Under the pieces are notes generated by a model. The model was not told the DNA's origin, searched no databases, and saw nothing but the letters and a program-made list of their open reading frames with translations. A stretch of DNA of 64,000 nt from Patescibacteria group bacterium (lineage in GTDB: Bacteria; Patescibacteriota; Patescibacteriia; JACRDY01). A program made the position numbers and the translations under genes. Positions 47,195 to 57,575 of the stretch are shown here, piece after piece. Position 1 is the first letter of the stretch; every line of letters starts with the position of its first letter. The stretch is taken from assembly GCA_041650515.1 (NCBI GenBank), contig JBAZLA010000002.1, forward strand, positions 39,572 to 103,571, written 5' to 3'.

Positions 47195-47385
47195 AAAAAA
47201 CCTCATCCCAATAGCACCAAAACTCACGTTTTAATACATTTGGGACGAGGTTCTTCAGATAAAAGAATCCCGCGGTTCCACCCAACTTCCTTTCTAATTG
47301 ATACAAAAAAGGCACTCATTAATTAGCTTAGCTACGGCCTCGCGGACCGCAGATCCCCAAAGGGACAATTGGTTGGTAGCCAATT
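47195..47385 (-). promoter_or_regulatory. T-box riboswitch leader of thrS (Thr specifier ACC)
   Basis: On the minus strand there is a Stem I helix (TTGGCTAC/GTAGCTAA), a loop ...CAACCAA..., the T-box sequence AGTTGGGTGGAACCGCGGGA, and a terminator CCTCGTCCCAA...TTGGGATGAGG followed by T6. An upstream promoter is TTGACA-16-TATTAT. Confidence 0.75.
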
Positions 47386-47438
47386 CAATTGCTCAATAAT
47401 TATAATAACATTCTCTCGACAACTGTCAAGCCAGCTTC

Positions 47439-48626
47439 TTAATTAGTACTTTTAATGACAACCTCGATATGATCTTCAAAGCTAGGCACAGTCTTTAGCC
47501 AAAAAGGAAAAAAATCCACGGTGACTGACTGGACGGCGGCCTGACGCCGGAAATAAGAAATCACTTGCTCCCGGGTTAAGCCTTTTAAATTTTTCTTATC
47601 AAAAATTGGACTATTTAATCTTAAAGTAGCTTGACCAGCTAAATGAACCTTTATACTAGCTTTTTTATTAACCAAATCTAAATTCTCGACCGAGAAGGTT
47701 AAACTATCATAATCAGCCGAAACCAGCTCTTTATTAGCATCAAGACTAGATTTTAATTTGGCCTCGGCAATACGGAGTAAGCTTTCTTTATCAAAGAAAA
47801 CCCCATTTACTTTGGCTTTGGCCTTAAGATTAAACTGATCAACCTGATCACCAATCTTGGCGTTTGCGATCACATTTTCTTCTTGTAACTCTACAGCTTT
47901 AGCCACATTACCCTCTAAACCTAGATCAATAAAGCTCTGTAACTCCAACTGGTCCAAAAGTTTTTGAGTTGATTTTTTAATATCATCTTCCGCTACCACT
48001 GGCACCGTTCGCTCACCTAATTTAATCTCAGTTTTGACTTCAGCATAAATATCATCTTGAACGGCCGGCCAAAGACCAGGAATAATTAGATGAGTACCCA
48101 CTTTGACCGTTTTGTCTACCAACTGCTGTGGATCATCAGCATAAACTTCCACTTCAACTGAGCCGCCAACTGGCACATCCACCCGATTCTTAATGCGCAG
48201 CAAAATCTGCTCCGGTGATAATAAACGGGTAGTGGCTACTAGCGGTTGTGGCCGCCGATAATTATTTATAATTTTAACTATACCAATAGCATCAGTTGGT
48301 AAGGCTTTACTACCAGTCACCTTAAAATCCTTCTCACCCTCTATATCTTTACTAAAAAAAACACCGTTCACTTGGCCAGCGGCTAAACCATCGGTTTTTT
48401 CAACCACATCGACAATAAAATCTGTAACCGCGTCCTCCGACTCGGGCACTACCGTTATAGTGGCTGATAAAAAAGAAAAATACAAAATCACCACGATTAA
48501 TAACGCCGTTACCACAATAAAACTAATAACAATCTTGCGATAAAGCCCTAAGGACGGCACTCTGGTTCTCTTAGTTTTTTTTCGGCCTCCCTTGTTCTTG
48601 GGGATGGGAGTGATTTCATCAAACAT
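47439..48626 (-). CDS. Hypothetical membrane-anchored protein (395 aa)
   Basis: N-terminal basic segment, a single TM helix, then a large extracytoplasmic domain. No recognisable motifs. Confidence 0.5.
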   Translation of the reverse strand: MFDEITPIPKNKGGRKKTKRTRVPSLGLYRKIVISFIVVTALLIVVILYFSFLSATITVVPESEDAVTDFIVDVVEKTDGLAAGQVNGVFFSKDIEGEKDFKVTGSKALPTDAIGIVKIINNYRRPQPLVATTRLLSPEQILLRIKNRVDVPVGGSVEVEVYADDPQQLVDKTVKVGTHLIIPGLWPAVQDDIYAEVKTEIKLGERTVPVVAEDDIKKSTQKLLDQLELQSFIDLGLEGNVAKAVELQEENVIANAKIGDQVDQFNLKAKAKVNGVFFDKESLLRIAEAKLKSSLDANKELVSADYDSLTFSVENLDLVNKKASIKVHLAGQATLRLNSPIFDKKNLKGLTREQVISYFRRQAAVQSVTVDFFPFWLKTVPSFEDHIEVVIKSTN

Positions 48627-48679
48627 AAAAATTGGAAAATAATTTTTAAAATAGGTATAAGACTTTTAAACACTCCTTA

Positions 48680-51600
48680 TTATACAATAAAAACATCTAC
48701 TTGTCTGAGGCAAGTACCAATACCAGTAAATTCTTCAATCTTAACTTTAATATCCGGACTAGAATTAACTTTAAATGGTGTCTGAATTATCTGTTTTTTA
48801 CCCTGATTAATTATTAATAAATACACCTGCTGCTGACCAGGAAACTGACTAAATAAACTTTTAAGCCTTTCGGCAGTAGCTGGATCCGGTGGTCGGCTAA
48901 ACTTAATTACCACCCGTCCCGACGGGTTGTTTGGTTTTGGCGTTGGCGTAGAATAATAATTGGGTGGATAGGTATTTGCACCATCACGAGTGTTGCCGTA
49001 ACCATTACGCACCACCACTGGGCCCTTATACTCGCCAACCAGCTTACTAATTCCTTGACCAGTCACCTCAGCGGCTCGATTGACGATCACTTTGATTTCT
49101 CCATCTTTATCAGATAATTTACCTTCGGCAACCACAATCTTGTCTTCCTGCCAAAATTGACTTAACGCCTTGAGAATTTTTGGGAAAATAATTAACTCCG
49201 TGCTGCCAGTCGTGTCCTCAATCTTAGCAAACAACATCGGCTCGCCACTACGAGTATAAACTTTTTTTAGATCGGTAATCACCCCGCCTACTCGAACACC
49301 TATTTCACCCGCCGACGCCAGCCCAACTAATTCATTACAACGGCTGGTAATTTCTCGCAAATCTCGTTCAAATTCTTTATATGGATGACCGCTAATATAA
49401 AGACCCAAAAATTCTTTTTCCCAAGTTAAACATTCACGCCTGGTTGCAGCCGGCGCCGGGTCTAGTTTTAGAGCCAACAGTGGCCCAGCCGTGCTTTGAC
49501 TAAACAAACTGGCTTGAGCACTTAGTGCTTGCTGATTAATTTCCTTGATAAAATTAAGAATTTTATCAATATTATAAATAACCGCATTCCGCTCAGCGAG
49601 ATTATCTAAAGCGCCTGATTTAGCTAAACTTTCGATTGATTTTTTGTTTAAATCTTTAGATTTTACGCGCGATAAAAAGTCTTCTAAACTCTGATAAGGG
49701 CCATTGGCTTTACGCTCATGAATAATCGCTCGCGAAACTCCTTCACCTAAATTTTTTATTGCCAAAAGACCAAAACGAATACGTGGTTGATCAGTTCCTA
49801 ATGATTCGCGGACTACGGTGAATGTCATATAGCTCTCATTGATATCTGGCGGCAAAACAATGATCCCCATGTTCTCGCACTCCTCAACTTCAATAGCGAC
49901 TCGATCCATATCGCCCTGATCAGAGGTCAATAGCGAAGCCATAAACTCAACCGGATAATTAGCTTTAAAGTAAGCAGTCTGATAAGCAATCATGGCATAA
50001 CAAGCGGCGTGAGCTCGATTAAAACCATAACGGGCGAACGGCTCAATAAAATCAAAAATTTGCTCGGCAGTTCTTTTACCAATACCATTTTTGACGCAAC
50101 CGTTAATAAATTTATCTTTTTGCTGTTTGAGCAAAGAGGCGATCTTTTTACCAACCGCTTTCCGCAAAACATCAGCCTCAGATAAACTAAAGCCAGCTAA
50201 ATCTCGAGCAATGCGCAAAATTTGCTCCTGATAAATCGCTACTCCGTAAGTACTAGTTAAAATCGGTTCCAGCTTGGGATGCAAATATTTAACCTTCTTT
50301 TTACCCGATTTACCAACGATAAAATCCGGGATAAACTCCATTGGACCTGGCCGATATAAAGAAACCATGGCGATAATATCCTCTAGTTGATTGGGGCCTA
50401 ATTGCTTTAAATAACGCTTCATTCCCTCGGATTCTAACTGAAAAACGCCAGTGGTATGAGCGGCCTGTAAAAGTTGGAATGTTTTGAGGTCCTCCAGGGG
50501 TAGAGTATCTAAATCAATCTCCAAGCCATGAATTTTTCTGATAATCTCAATTGTTTGTTCCAAAATAGTTAAATTTTTCAACCCCAAAAAATCCATTTTT
50601 AATAAACCCAAATCTTCGATCGGATGCAAAGAATATTGAGAAACAATCGTTTTATCACCAGAGCTGGCATATTGTAGCGGTACATAATTAGTTAATGGCT
50701 CCGGGGTGATCAAAACTCCACAAGCGTGTGTTGAGGAATGACGAGCTACTCCTTCCAGCTTCTTAGCGGTATCAATCAACCGTTTGGCATCTGGATCATT
50801 ATTATATAGTTCTTTTAATTCTGGCTCCAAAGCTAAAGCCTCGTCGAGATCGGCAAACATCGGAATTAGCTTAGCCACCCGATCGCAATAATTATAAGCG
50901 AAGCCCAAAACTCGACCGACGTCACGAACCGCCACCCGAGCAGCCATCGTACCAAAAGTAATAATCTGGGCCACGTGATCATAACCATATTTTTGGGAAA
51001 CATAATCGATCACTTCATCGCGCCGGGTATCAGCAAAATCTAAATCAATATCAGGCATACTGACACGATCCGGGTTTAAAAACCGTTCAAAAATTAAATC
51101 ATATTTTATTGGATCAACATTAGTAATATTAGTTAGATAAGAAACCAACGAACCAGGAGCCGAACCACGACCTGGCCCAACCACAATACCTTGATTTTTG
51201 GCCCAATTAACAAAATCCTGAACAATCAAAAAATAAGAGGCAAAACCGGTCTTTCTAATAACCTCTAACTCATACTCTAATCGTTCTAAAACTGTTACCG
51301 GTAAATCACCCTCAATCCTCAAGTCTTGATCTACAACAACGTTATAACGCTTTTTAAGCCCCCGATAAGCTAACTCTCTAAGATACTGATTGGCGTCTTT
51401 ATTATCGGGCACTTCAAAATAAGGCAATTTAATTTTACCCAGCTCGATTTCTACACTACAGTCATTAACAATTATTTCGGCGTTAGCAATCGCCTCAGAA
51501 AAATCTAAAAACTCGCGTTGCATCTGCTCGGTTGATTTGAATGAAAAATCCTCACCCAGCATACACATCCGGTCCTCGTCTTCTTTTTTATGTTTTGTTT

Positions 51601-52273
51601 GGAGGCAAACTAAAACGTCATGAGCTTCATCATCGTCTTTTTTTAGATAATGGATATCGTTAGTAGCGATCAAAGGAATATTAAATTTTTTGCTCAAAGC
51701 GGCTAATTCTCGGTTAACTTGGGCTTGCTCAGGGATTGAGGGATGGCTTTGAAGCTCTAAATAAAAATTACCCGGGCCAAAAAGATCATGGTACCTTTTA
51801 ACGGTTTGCTCAGTTCTTTGCTGATCACCGGAAAGAATGGCCACCGGGATCTCACCTTGCAAACAAGCCGACAAAGCGATTAAACCTTCTTTATATTTAG
51901 TTAAAATCTCCCAATCGATTCGCGGCCGATAATAAAAACCTTCCAAATGAGCAATGGAAGTCAATTTGATCAAGTTTTGGTAACCAATATTATTTTTAGC
52001 TAATAAAACTAAATGATAGCGAACGTCATCAACTTTAGCGGTTTTATTTTGCCGACCATTGGGAGCCAAATACATTTCTACACCAATAATCGGTTTAATC
52101 CCCGCCTTCTGACACTTTTCATAAAATTCGATCGTCCCATACATCACGCCGTGATCAGTCAAAGCTAGAGCTGACATATTATTAGCTTTAGCTTGGTTGA
52201 TCAAATCATCAATTTTAGCCAAACCATCTAATAGGCTATAGTGCGAATGAGTATGGAGATGAATAAAATTCAT
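48680..52273 (-). CDS. dnaE: DNA polymerase III alpha subunit
   Basis: 1197 aa. PHP domain (HLHTHSHYSLLDG), polymerase core and OB fold. Confidence 0.9.
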   Translation of the reverse strand: MNFIHLHTHSHYSLLDGLAKIDDLINQAKANNMSALALTDHGVMYGTIEFYEKCQKAGIKPIIGVEMYLAPNGRQNKTAKVDDVRYHLVLLAKNNIGYQNLIKLTSIAHLEGFYYRPRIDWEILTKYKEGLIALSACLQGEIPVAILSGDQQRTEQTVKRYHDLFGPGNFYLELQSHPSIPEQAQVNRELAALSKKFNIPLIATNDIHYLKKDDDEAHDVLVCLQTKHKKEDEDRMCMLGEDFSFKSTEQMQREFLDFSEAIANAEIIVNDCSVEIELGKIKLPYFEVPDNKDANQYLRELAYRGLKKRYNVVVDQDLRIEGDLPVTVLERLEYELEVIRKTGFASYFLIVQDFVNWAKNQGIVVGPGRGSAPGSLVSYLTNITNVDPIKYDLIFERFLNPDRVSMPDIDLDFADTRRDEVIDYVSQKYGYDHVAQIITFGTMAARVAVRDVGRVLGFAYNYCDRVAKLIPMFADLDEALALEPELKELYNNDPDAKRLIDTAKKLEGVARHSSTHACGVLITPEPLTNYVPLQYASSGDKTIVSQYSLHPIEDLGLLKMDFLGLKNLTILEQTIEIIRKIHGLEIDLDTLPLEDLKTFQLLQAAHTTGVFQLESEGMKRYLKQLGPNQLEDIIAMVSLYRPGPMEFIPDFIVGKSGKKKVKYLHPKLEPILTSTYGVAIYQEQILRIARDLAGFSLSEADVLRKAVGKKIASLLKQQKDKFINGCVKNGIGKRTAEQIFDFIEPFARYGFNRAHAACYAMIAYQTAYFKANYPVEFMASLLTSDQGDMDRVAIEVEECENMGIIVLPPDINESYMTFTVVRESLGTDQPRIRFGLLAIKNLGEGVSRAIIHERKANGPYQSLEDFLSRVKSKDLNKKSIESLAKSGALDNLAERNAVIYNIDKILNFIKEINQQALSAQASLFSQSTAGPLLALKLDPAPAATRRECLTWEKEFLGLYISGHPYKEFERDLREITSRCNELVGLASAGEIGVRVGGVITDLKKVYTRSGEPMLFAKIEDTTGSTELIIFPKILKALSQFWQEDKIVVAEGKLSDKDGEIKVIVNRAAEVTGQGISKLVGEYKGPVVVRNGYGNTRDGANTYPPNYYSTPTPKPNNPSGRVVIKFSRPPDPATAERLKSLFSQFPGQQQVYLLIINQGKKQIIQTPFKVNSSPDIKVKIEEFTGIGTCLRQVDVFIV

Positions 52274-52294
52274 AAAAAATGAGATACTTAATTG

Positions 52295-52351
52295 GAAACA
52301 TGAAACAAGGTGGGAGCTCCACCATGTTATATATCGCGTGTTTCATGTTGC
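52295..52351. repeat. Nested palindromes (GAAACATGAAACA ... GGTGGGAGCTCCACC ... TGTTTCATGTT) between a small membrane ORF and the dnaE start
   Basis: Direct reading of the sequence. Confidence 0.5.
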
Positions 52352-52358
52352 ATAATAA

Positions 52359-52661
52359 CTACTTTTTTTTGCTTTTTTTATCAGCGTTACCTGCCATCTT
52401 CTTATTAATCAAATATTTTACCAACTGACCAACACCCTCGGCTAGAACACCAAGATGTGATGAAGATTTTTCAAGTTTCTCCTTGGCTAAATCAATTATA
52501 GCTTCGACTTTCTCTAGCTTGGCTCGGGCACTCCGAGTGACATCATAGGCCTGCTTAAGTAACATGGCAAAATAATAAATAACCCAGCAGATAAAAATAG
52601 TCAACCAGAGGATACAAAAAGAAAGAACAACGTACAATAAATCTTTTGATGTCTCAAGCAT
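52359..52661 (-). CDS. Small membrane protein (100 aa), hypothetical
   Basis: An N-terminal pair of TM helices and a C-terminal charged helix. Confidence 0.45.
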   Translation of the reverse strand: MLETSKDLLYVVLSFCILWLTIFICWVIYYFAMLLKQAYDVTRSARAKLEKVEAIIDLAKEKLEKSSSHLGVLAEGVGQLVKYLINKKMAGNADKKSKKK

Positions 52662-52706
52662 AATTTTATTTTTATTTTATTATCTTTATATTTATATCTG
52701 TCTTAT

Positions 52707-53588
52707 CTAGCGAACAACCGCGCCGAACTGTTTATTAAGATCTTGGATTATTTTTGCCTCAACCTTATTCACTTCTTCAGCTTCAAGCGTCCGCTCATCA
52801 GCCTGATATAGAATATGAAAGGCCAGACTCCGTTTGCCTGTTTCTATCTTACCACCTTGATAAACGTCGAACAACTGAACGTCTTTAATTAAAACGCCAC
52901 CAATTTTCTTGACCATTTTTTTTATCTTCTCCCACTCTACCTGCTGATCGACAACAATAGCCAAATCACGAGTAACGCTAGGGAATTTGGGTAATGATTG
53001 GTATCCTCGTTGATAAACCCCAATCAAACCAGCTAACTGAGAAAAATTAATTTCAAAAAATCCAACTCGTCCGATAATACCTATCTTTTTAAGCAACGTC
53101 GGATCTAGCTCACCCAAGTGACCAACCAGCTGACCCTGAGTTTTGATTGTCATGATGCGAGTTCGATCGGCATAAGGTGGAATATTATCTTTAGCTGGTT
53201 CAAAATAATAATCCAAACATAATTGATCAAATAAGCTTGCTAAAGCGCCTTTGACAGCATAAAAAGGTTGAGTAGCATTTTTATCGCTCACCACACCAGC
53301 TAAATACTTATCCTGCAACGGCAATCTAATATCCGAGCCAACACCCTTTAGATCAGTACCAACTTTTTTGCTGAATACTAGACCAAGCTCAAAAATTTGG
53401 AAACGATCAAAAAATCGCTGATTATCAACTACGTTATTAACCAAATTGGGAATTAAAGTAGTACGTAATGCTGATTGGTCAATCGAGAGATAATTCTTTA
53501 GTTTAATATGATCTTCAACCGACAAACCATAAAGCTGCACCTTGTCTAAATTAACAAAAGAATAATTAGACACTTCAGTAAAACCCAA
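52707..53588 (-). CDS. pheT: Phenylalanine--tRNA ligase beta subunit, C-terminal part. A frameshift separates it from 53591..55150.
   Basis: Matches the PheT B5-core and FDX-ACB regions. It begins with TTG, 2 nt after the stop of the upstream fragment. Confidence 0.75.
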   Translation of the reverse strand: MGFTEVSNYSFVNLDKVQLYGLSVEDHIKLKNYLSIDQSALRTTLIPNLVNNVVDNQRFFDRFQIFELGLVFSKKVGTDLKGVGSDIRLPLQDKYLAGVVSDKNATQPFYAVKGALASLFDQLCLDYYFEPAKDNIPPYADRTRIMTIKTQGQLVGHLGELDPTLLKKIGIIGRVGFFEINFSQLAGLIGVYQRGYQSLPKFPSVTRDLAIVVDQQVEWEKIKKMVKKIGGVLIKDVQLFDVYQGGKIETGKRSLAFHILYQADERTLEAEEVNKVEAKIIQDLNKQFGAVVR

Positions 53589-53590
53589 AC

Positions 53591-55150
53591 CTAAGGTAAA
53601 AATTTCTTTAACCTTGCGTTCCCGACTCTCTCGAGGTTGGCTTTGGGCGGCGCAACTGGCGCTGAGGGCATTGTTGGCTTGATATTGTCATAACCATAGA
53701 TCCGCGCTATTTCTTCGACTAAATCTTCGGCGATGGAAACGTCCTTGGTTGAGCGCCAATAAGGTACCTTAACAATCAAGCTATTTTTTTTATCTTTTAC
53801 TTCAAATTGTAACCGCTCTAAAATACCAATTACCTCCTCTTTGGCTACCGCTGTCCCCAGCCGCTTATTTAACCAATTTAAATCTAACTCGATCTCGGAT
53901 ATCTGAGAAGTATAAAAATTCTGGTCGATTACTTTACTCGCTACTTTGGCCCCGGGCGATAATTCTAGGGTCATTTCCACTGCTTTACGCATAGCTAATT
54001 CAGCTATAACTGGGCTAAGATTTTTTTCCCAACGAGCTGACCCTTCAGTCCGCAAACCTAGTTTGATGGAAGTTTTACGAATGTTATTGGGCTCAAAATT
54101 AGCCGCTTCAAATAAAATGGTCACGGTATCGTCCTTGATCTCACTATTCAACCCGCCCATCACCCCAGCCAGAGCCACGGCGCGCTTGCCGTCTTTGATC
54201 AACAACATTTGTTCATCCAAAATCCGCTCTTGGCCATCAAGGGTGGTAAATTTTTCACCTTTCTGCGCCGTATCAATAATAATAGTGCCGCCTTTAATCT
54301 CCCGCCAATCAAAACTGTGCATCGGCTCCCCTAGTTCGAGCATGACATAGTTAGTAATATCAACGATATTATTGATTGCTCTAACCCCAACTGATTCTAA
54401 CTGCCGAACTAGCCAATCTGGTGATGGTGCAATTTTGACATTATCAACCACCACACCAATATAGCGTCGACATTTTTCTTTGTCTTTAATTTCTACTTTT
54501 AAATTTTTGCCTCGGCCACCTTTAATCTCTTTAGGATCATAATTTTTAAATTTTACTTTAAGAATCGCCGCCAACTCGCGGGCTAGGCCATAATGACCCC
54601 AGAGGTCGGGACGGTGCGTCAGTGACTTATTGTCGATTTCTAAAATAGTGTCATCAAGATGCAAAGCCTCAGCTAATGGTTGGCCAACTTTTAATTTTAA
54701 GTGAGATAAATCCAAAATCTCGGTATCGCTTTTGTCTGGCATTATATCCTGTAAACCGATTTCTGAGCTAAGACAAATCATGCCTTGACTCTCCACACCA
54801 CGAATTTTAACTGGCTTTAATTCTTCAATTTGGCCAGCGCCATGCCAATTAACTCGAGCGCCAATCTTGGCCAGCGCTACCAACATGCCTTTTTTTAAAT
54901 TGGTACCACCGCAAACAACTTCCGTCTTTTTTTTACCAATATCTACTACCACCAATTTCAATTTATCAGCATTGGGATGGTCTTTGATTTCCAAAATTTT
55001 ACCCACAACAACATTATCCAATAATTCCCCTTCCTTTTTCCAACCTTCCACCTCCACCGTGCAGGCAGTTAATTTGGCGGCTAGATCCGCAGCTAGAAAA
55101 CCCTTAGGAATATCAACGTATTTTTTTAACCAATTAAGCGAAATATACAT
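53591..55150 (-). CDS. pheT: Phenylalanine--tRNA ligase beta subunit, N-terminal part
   Basis: MYISLNWLKKYVD start, tRNA-binding OB domain and B3/4 domain. It stops at a TAG inside a run of T residues. Confidence 0.8.
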   Translation of the reverse strand: MYISLNWLKKYVDIPKGFLAADLAAKLTACTVEVEGWKKEGELLDNVVVGKILEIKDHPNADKLKLVVVDIGKKKTEVVCGGTNLKKGMLVALAKIGARVNWHGAGQIEELKPVKIRGVESQGMICLSSEIGLQDIMPDKSDTEILDLSHLKLKVGQPLAEALHLDDTILEIDNKSLTHRPDLWGHYGLARELAAILKVKFKNYDPKEIKGGRGKNLKVEIKDKEKCRRYIGVVVDNVKIAPSPDWLVRQLESVGVRAINNIVDITNYVMLELGEPMHSFDWREIKGGTIIIDTAQKGEKFTTLDGQERILDEQMLLIKDGKRAVALAGVMGGLNSEIKDDTVTILFEAANFEPNNIRKTSIKLGLRTEGSARWEKNLSPVIAELAMRKAVEMTLELSPGAKVASKVIDQNFYTSQISEIELDLNWLNKRLGTAVAKEEVIGILERLQFEVKDKKNSLIVKVPYWRSTKDVSIAEDLVEEIARIYGYDNIKPTMPSAPVAPPKANLERVGNARLKKFLP

Positions 55151-55151
55151 A

Positions 55152-56183
55152 TTAAAATTGATTTAAAAATCTTAAATCGCCGCTAGTTAACAATCGGACA
55201 TCATCAATACCATATTTAAGCATTACCAGGCGAGTTAGACCAAAACCAAAAGCATAGCCGGAATATTCCTTGGGGTCAACACCGCCAGCTAAAAGAACCG
55301 ACGGGTGGACTAGACCGGCGCCAAAAATTTCTAACCAACCGGTTTTTTTGCACAACCGGCAACCTTGACCATGGCACAAAAAACAAGTTACTTCGCCGTT
55401 TACTCCCGGCTCAACAAAAGGATAAAACTTGGGTCGTAAACGAACTTTAGTTTCGGCACCATATAATTTTTGGGCCACAATCTCTAGGGCCGACTTCATA
55501 TCGGCTAGACTAATATTTTTATCAACCAGCAACCCTTCCAACTGATAAAAAGTGGCTTCGTGACGAACATCAACTGCCTCATAACGAAAACATCGACCCG
55601 GGACAACTAACCGAAGCGGCGCACCATATTTTTTCATTGCCCGAATCTGAACCGGCGAAGTCTGTGTCCGCAGTAATAAACGGTTACTTGGGTCAAAACC
55701 TTTTTCTTCATCAATATAAAAAGTGTCTTGCATGTCCCGCGCTGGATGACTCTGGGGAATATTGAGCGCTTCAAAATTATAATATTCTGACTCCAATTCT
55801 GGACCATCCTCAATCATAAAACCCATTGAGGAAAAAACATCCTCCAATTGATATTGAACCTGGGACAAAGGGTGGAGATGACCTAGATCGAACTTTTGGC
55901 CAGGCAAAGTTAGATCTAATTCGCCACCGCTCTTGATAACCGGCTCAAGCCGACTCTTAATCTGATCCAAGGCCACAATAACTTCCTGCTTAAAATCATT
56001 AGCCAGCTTGCCAAACTTTATTTTGTCTTCGGCCGACAAATCCTTGAGTCGACGTAAAATATTAGTCAATTCGCTCTTACGGCCAAGATACTTAATTTTC
56101 AAATCTTGAACTTCTTGAAGGTTCTTGACTCGACTAACTTCTTCAAGAATTATTTTTTTTAATTTTTTTAAATCTTCTTGCAT
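55152..56183 (-). CDS. pheS: Phenylalanine--tRNA ligase alpha subunit
   Basis: Class II core motifs (FYPFVEPG, GAGLVHP). Confidence 0.9.
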   Translation of the reverse strand: MQEDLKKLKKIILEEVSRVKNLQEVQDLKIKYLGRKSELTNILRRLKDLSAEDKIKFGKLANDFKQEVIVALDQIKSRLEPVIKSGGELDLTLPGQKFDLGHLHPLSQVQYQLEDVFSSMGFMIEDGPELESEYYNFEALNIPQSHPARDMQDTFYIDEEKGFDPSNRLLLRTQTSPVQIRAMKKYGAPLRLVVPGRCFRYEAVDVRHEATFYQLEGLLVDKNISLADMKSALEIVAQKLYGAETKVRLRPKFYPFVEPGVNGEVTCFLCHGQGCRLCKKTGWLEIFGAGLVHPSVLLAGGVDPKEYSGYAFGFGLTRLVMLKYGIDDVRLLTSGDLRFLNQF

Positions 56184-56195
56184 AATATAGTTTAA

Positions 56196-57506
56196 TTAGC
56201 CAAATACCTTTTGCCACAAGCCGCCACCAAACTTAACCACATCATGATAAGTCACCACCACAATTAATAACATTAGTAAAAGAAAACCGATATTATGAAC
56301 TACAGCTTCCAACCGTTGATTAACTGGCTTGCGGCGGATCTTTTCAATAATCAAAAATAAACAGCGACCACCATCCAGAGCGGGAAAAGGAATAAAATTA
56401 ATAATCGCTAAATTGATCGAGAGCAGGGCGATAAATTGTAGAATATAGATAAAACCCATACGCGCCACTTGGCCGGTCAAAACCGCAATCCCCACTGGCC
56501 CAGAAACTTCGACCGCTGGCTTTTGACCGCCGACTAAATCTTTAATAATGTCATAAAAAGCAACTACAATCATTTTGATTAATATCCCCGTACTCTGGAC
56601 ACCCTTAACAATCGCCTGATACCACGGATATGACACTAGACCGGTCTGGACCAAACCAACGCCGATCCCACCACGCTGGATATCCGAGCGAAAGGTTGGT
56701 ACTACTTCTTGAGTAATAACCTGATCACCGCGTTTAAGCTCAAAAAATACCGGTTGATCCACCTGTTGATTCAAGTAGTTCTGAATATCGGCCACCTGGC
56801 CAAATGATTGATTATCAATCTTAAGGATAGTATCACCCATCTGTACCCCAGCGGCTGCCGCCGGCCCACCATCTAAAACCATCAAAATCTGCGTCTGCAC
56901 ATCACGCACTTTAGCTCCTTTTAATTCGGCTAAATTAACCGGCAAAGATTGAGGTAAGCCCAGACCAAAACCCAGCGACAAGATCACTACCGCCAAAAAC
57001 AAATTCATCAGAACTCCAGCACTCAGAATGATGGCTCGCTGCCAAACTTTTTTGGCGCCAAAACTATCTGCTTCTTGACGGTTATCGCCGTCTTCACCTT
57101 TAATTTTGACAAAACCACCCAAGGGAATCCAATTAAAAGAATAAACTGTATCAACTTGATCACCTGGCTCAACGGCTAAATCCTTATTACCCCAAACCAA
57201 GTGTCGCTCCACGACTTCTATTTCCCGATCAACCTCAGTGATTTGGTCAATAATTTTCTCTTCAATGATTTCTGGGCCATTTAATGTTTTATAGTCAGTA
57301 ACTTCCAATCGGATATTTTCTTTTTGACCAATTTTTTTTAATTCTTTACGACGAATTGTCCAGAGACTGCCAATCCGCGGCGGAAAACCAAAGCCGAATT
57401 CTTCAACTTTGCAACCAAACATTCGAGCGGTAACAAAATGCCCTAGTTCATGAGCTAAAACTAGGATGGCCAAGATAGCGATAAAAATGATTGCGGTAAA
57501 CAGCAT
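56196..57506 (-). CDS. rseP: RIP metalloprotease RseP (site-2 protease, M50)
   Basis: HELGHF zinc motif in TM1, a PDZ domain, and a C-terminal LDGG motif. Confidence 0.85.
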   Translation of the reverse strand: MLFTAIIFIAILAILVLAHELGHFVTARMFGCKVEEFGFGFPPRIGSLWTIRRKELKKIGQKENIRLEVTDYKTLNGPEIIEEKIIDQITEVDREIEVVERHLVWGNKDLAVEPGDQVDTVYSFNWIPLGGFVKIKGEDGDNRQEADSFGAKKVWQRAIILSAGVLMNLFLAVVILSLGFGLGLPQSLPVNLAELKGAKVRDVQTQILMVLDGGPAAAAGVQMGDTILKIDNQSFGQVADIQNYLNQQVDQPVFFELKRGDQVITQEVVPTFRSDIQRGGIGVGLVQTGLVSYPWYQAIVKGVQSTGILIKMIVVAFYDIIKDLVGGQKPAVEVSGPVGIAVLTGQVARMGFIYILQFIALLSINLAIINFIPFPALDGGRCLFLIIEKIRRKPVNQRLEAVVHNIGFLLLMLLIVVVTYHDVVKFGGGLWQKVFG

Positions 57507-57575
57507 AAATCAAAAAATCAAGAAAACAAGAAAACCAACCCCTGGCTTTTTTGCTTTTTTGCTTTTTTGAAAGTA

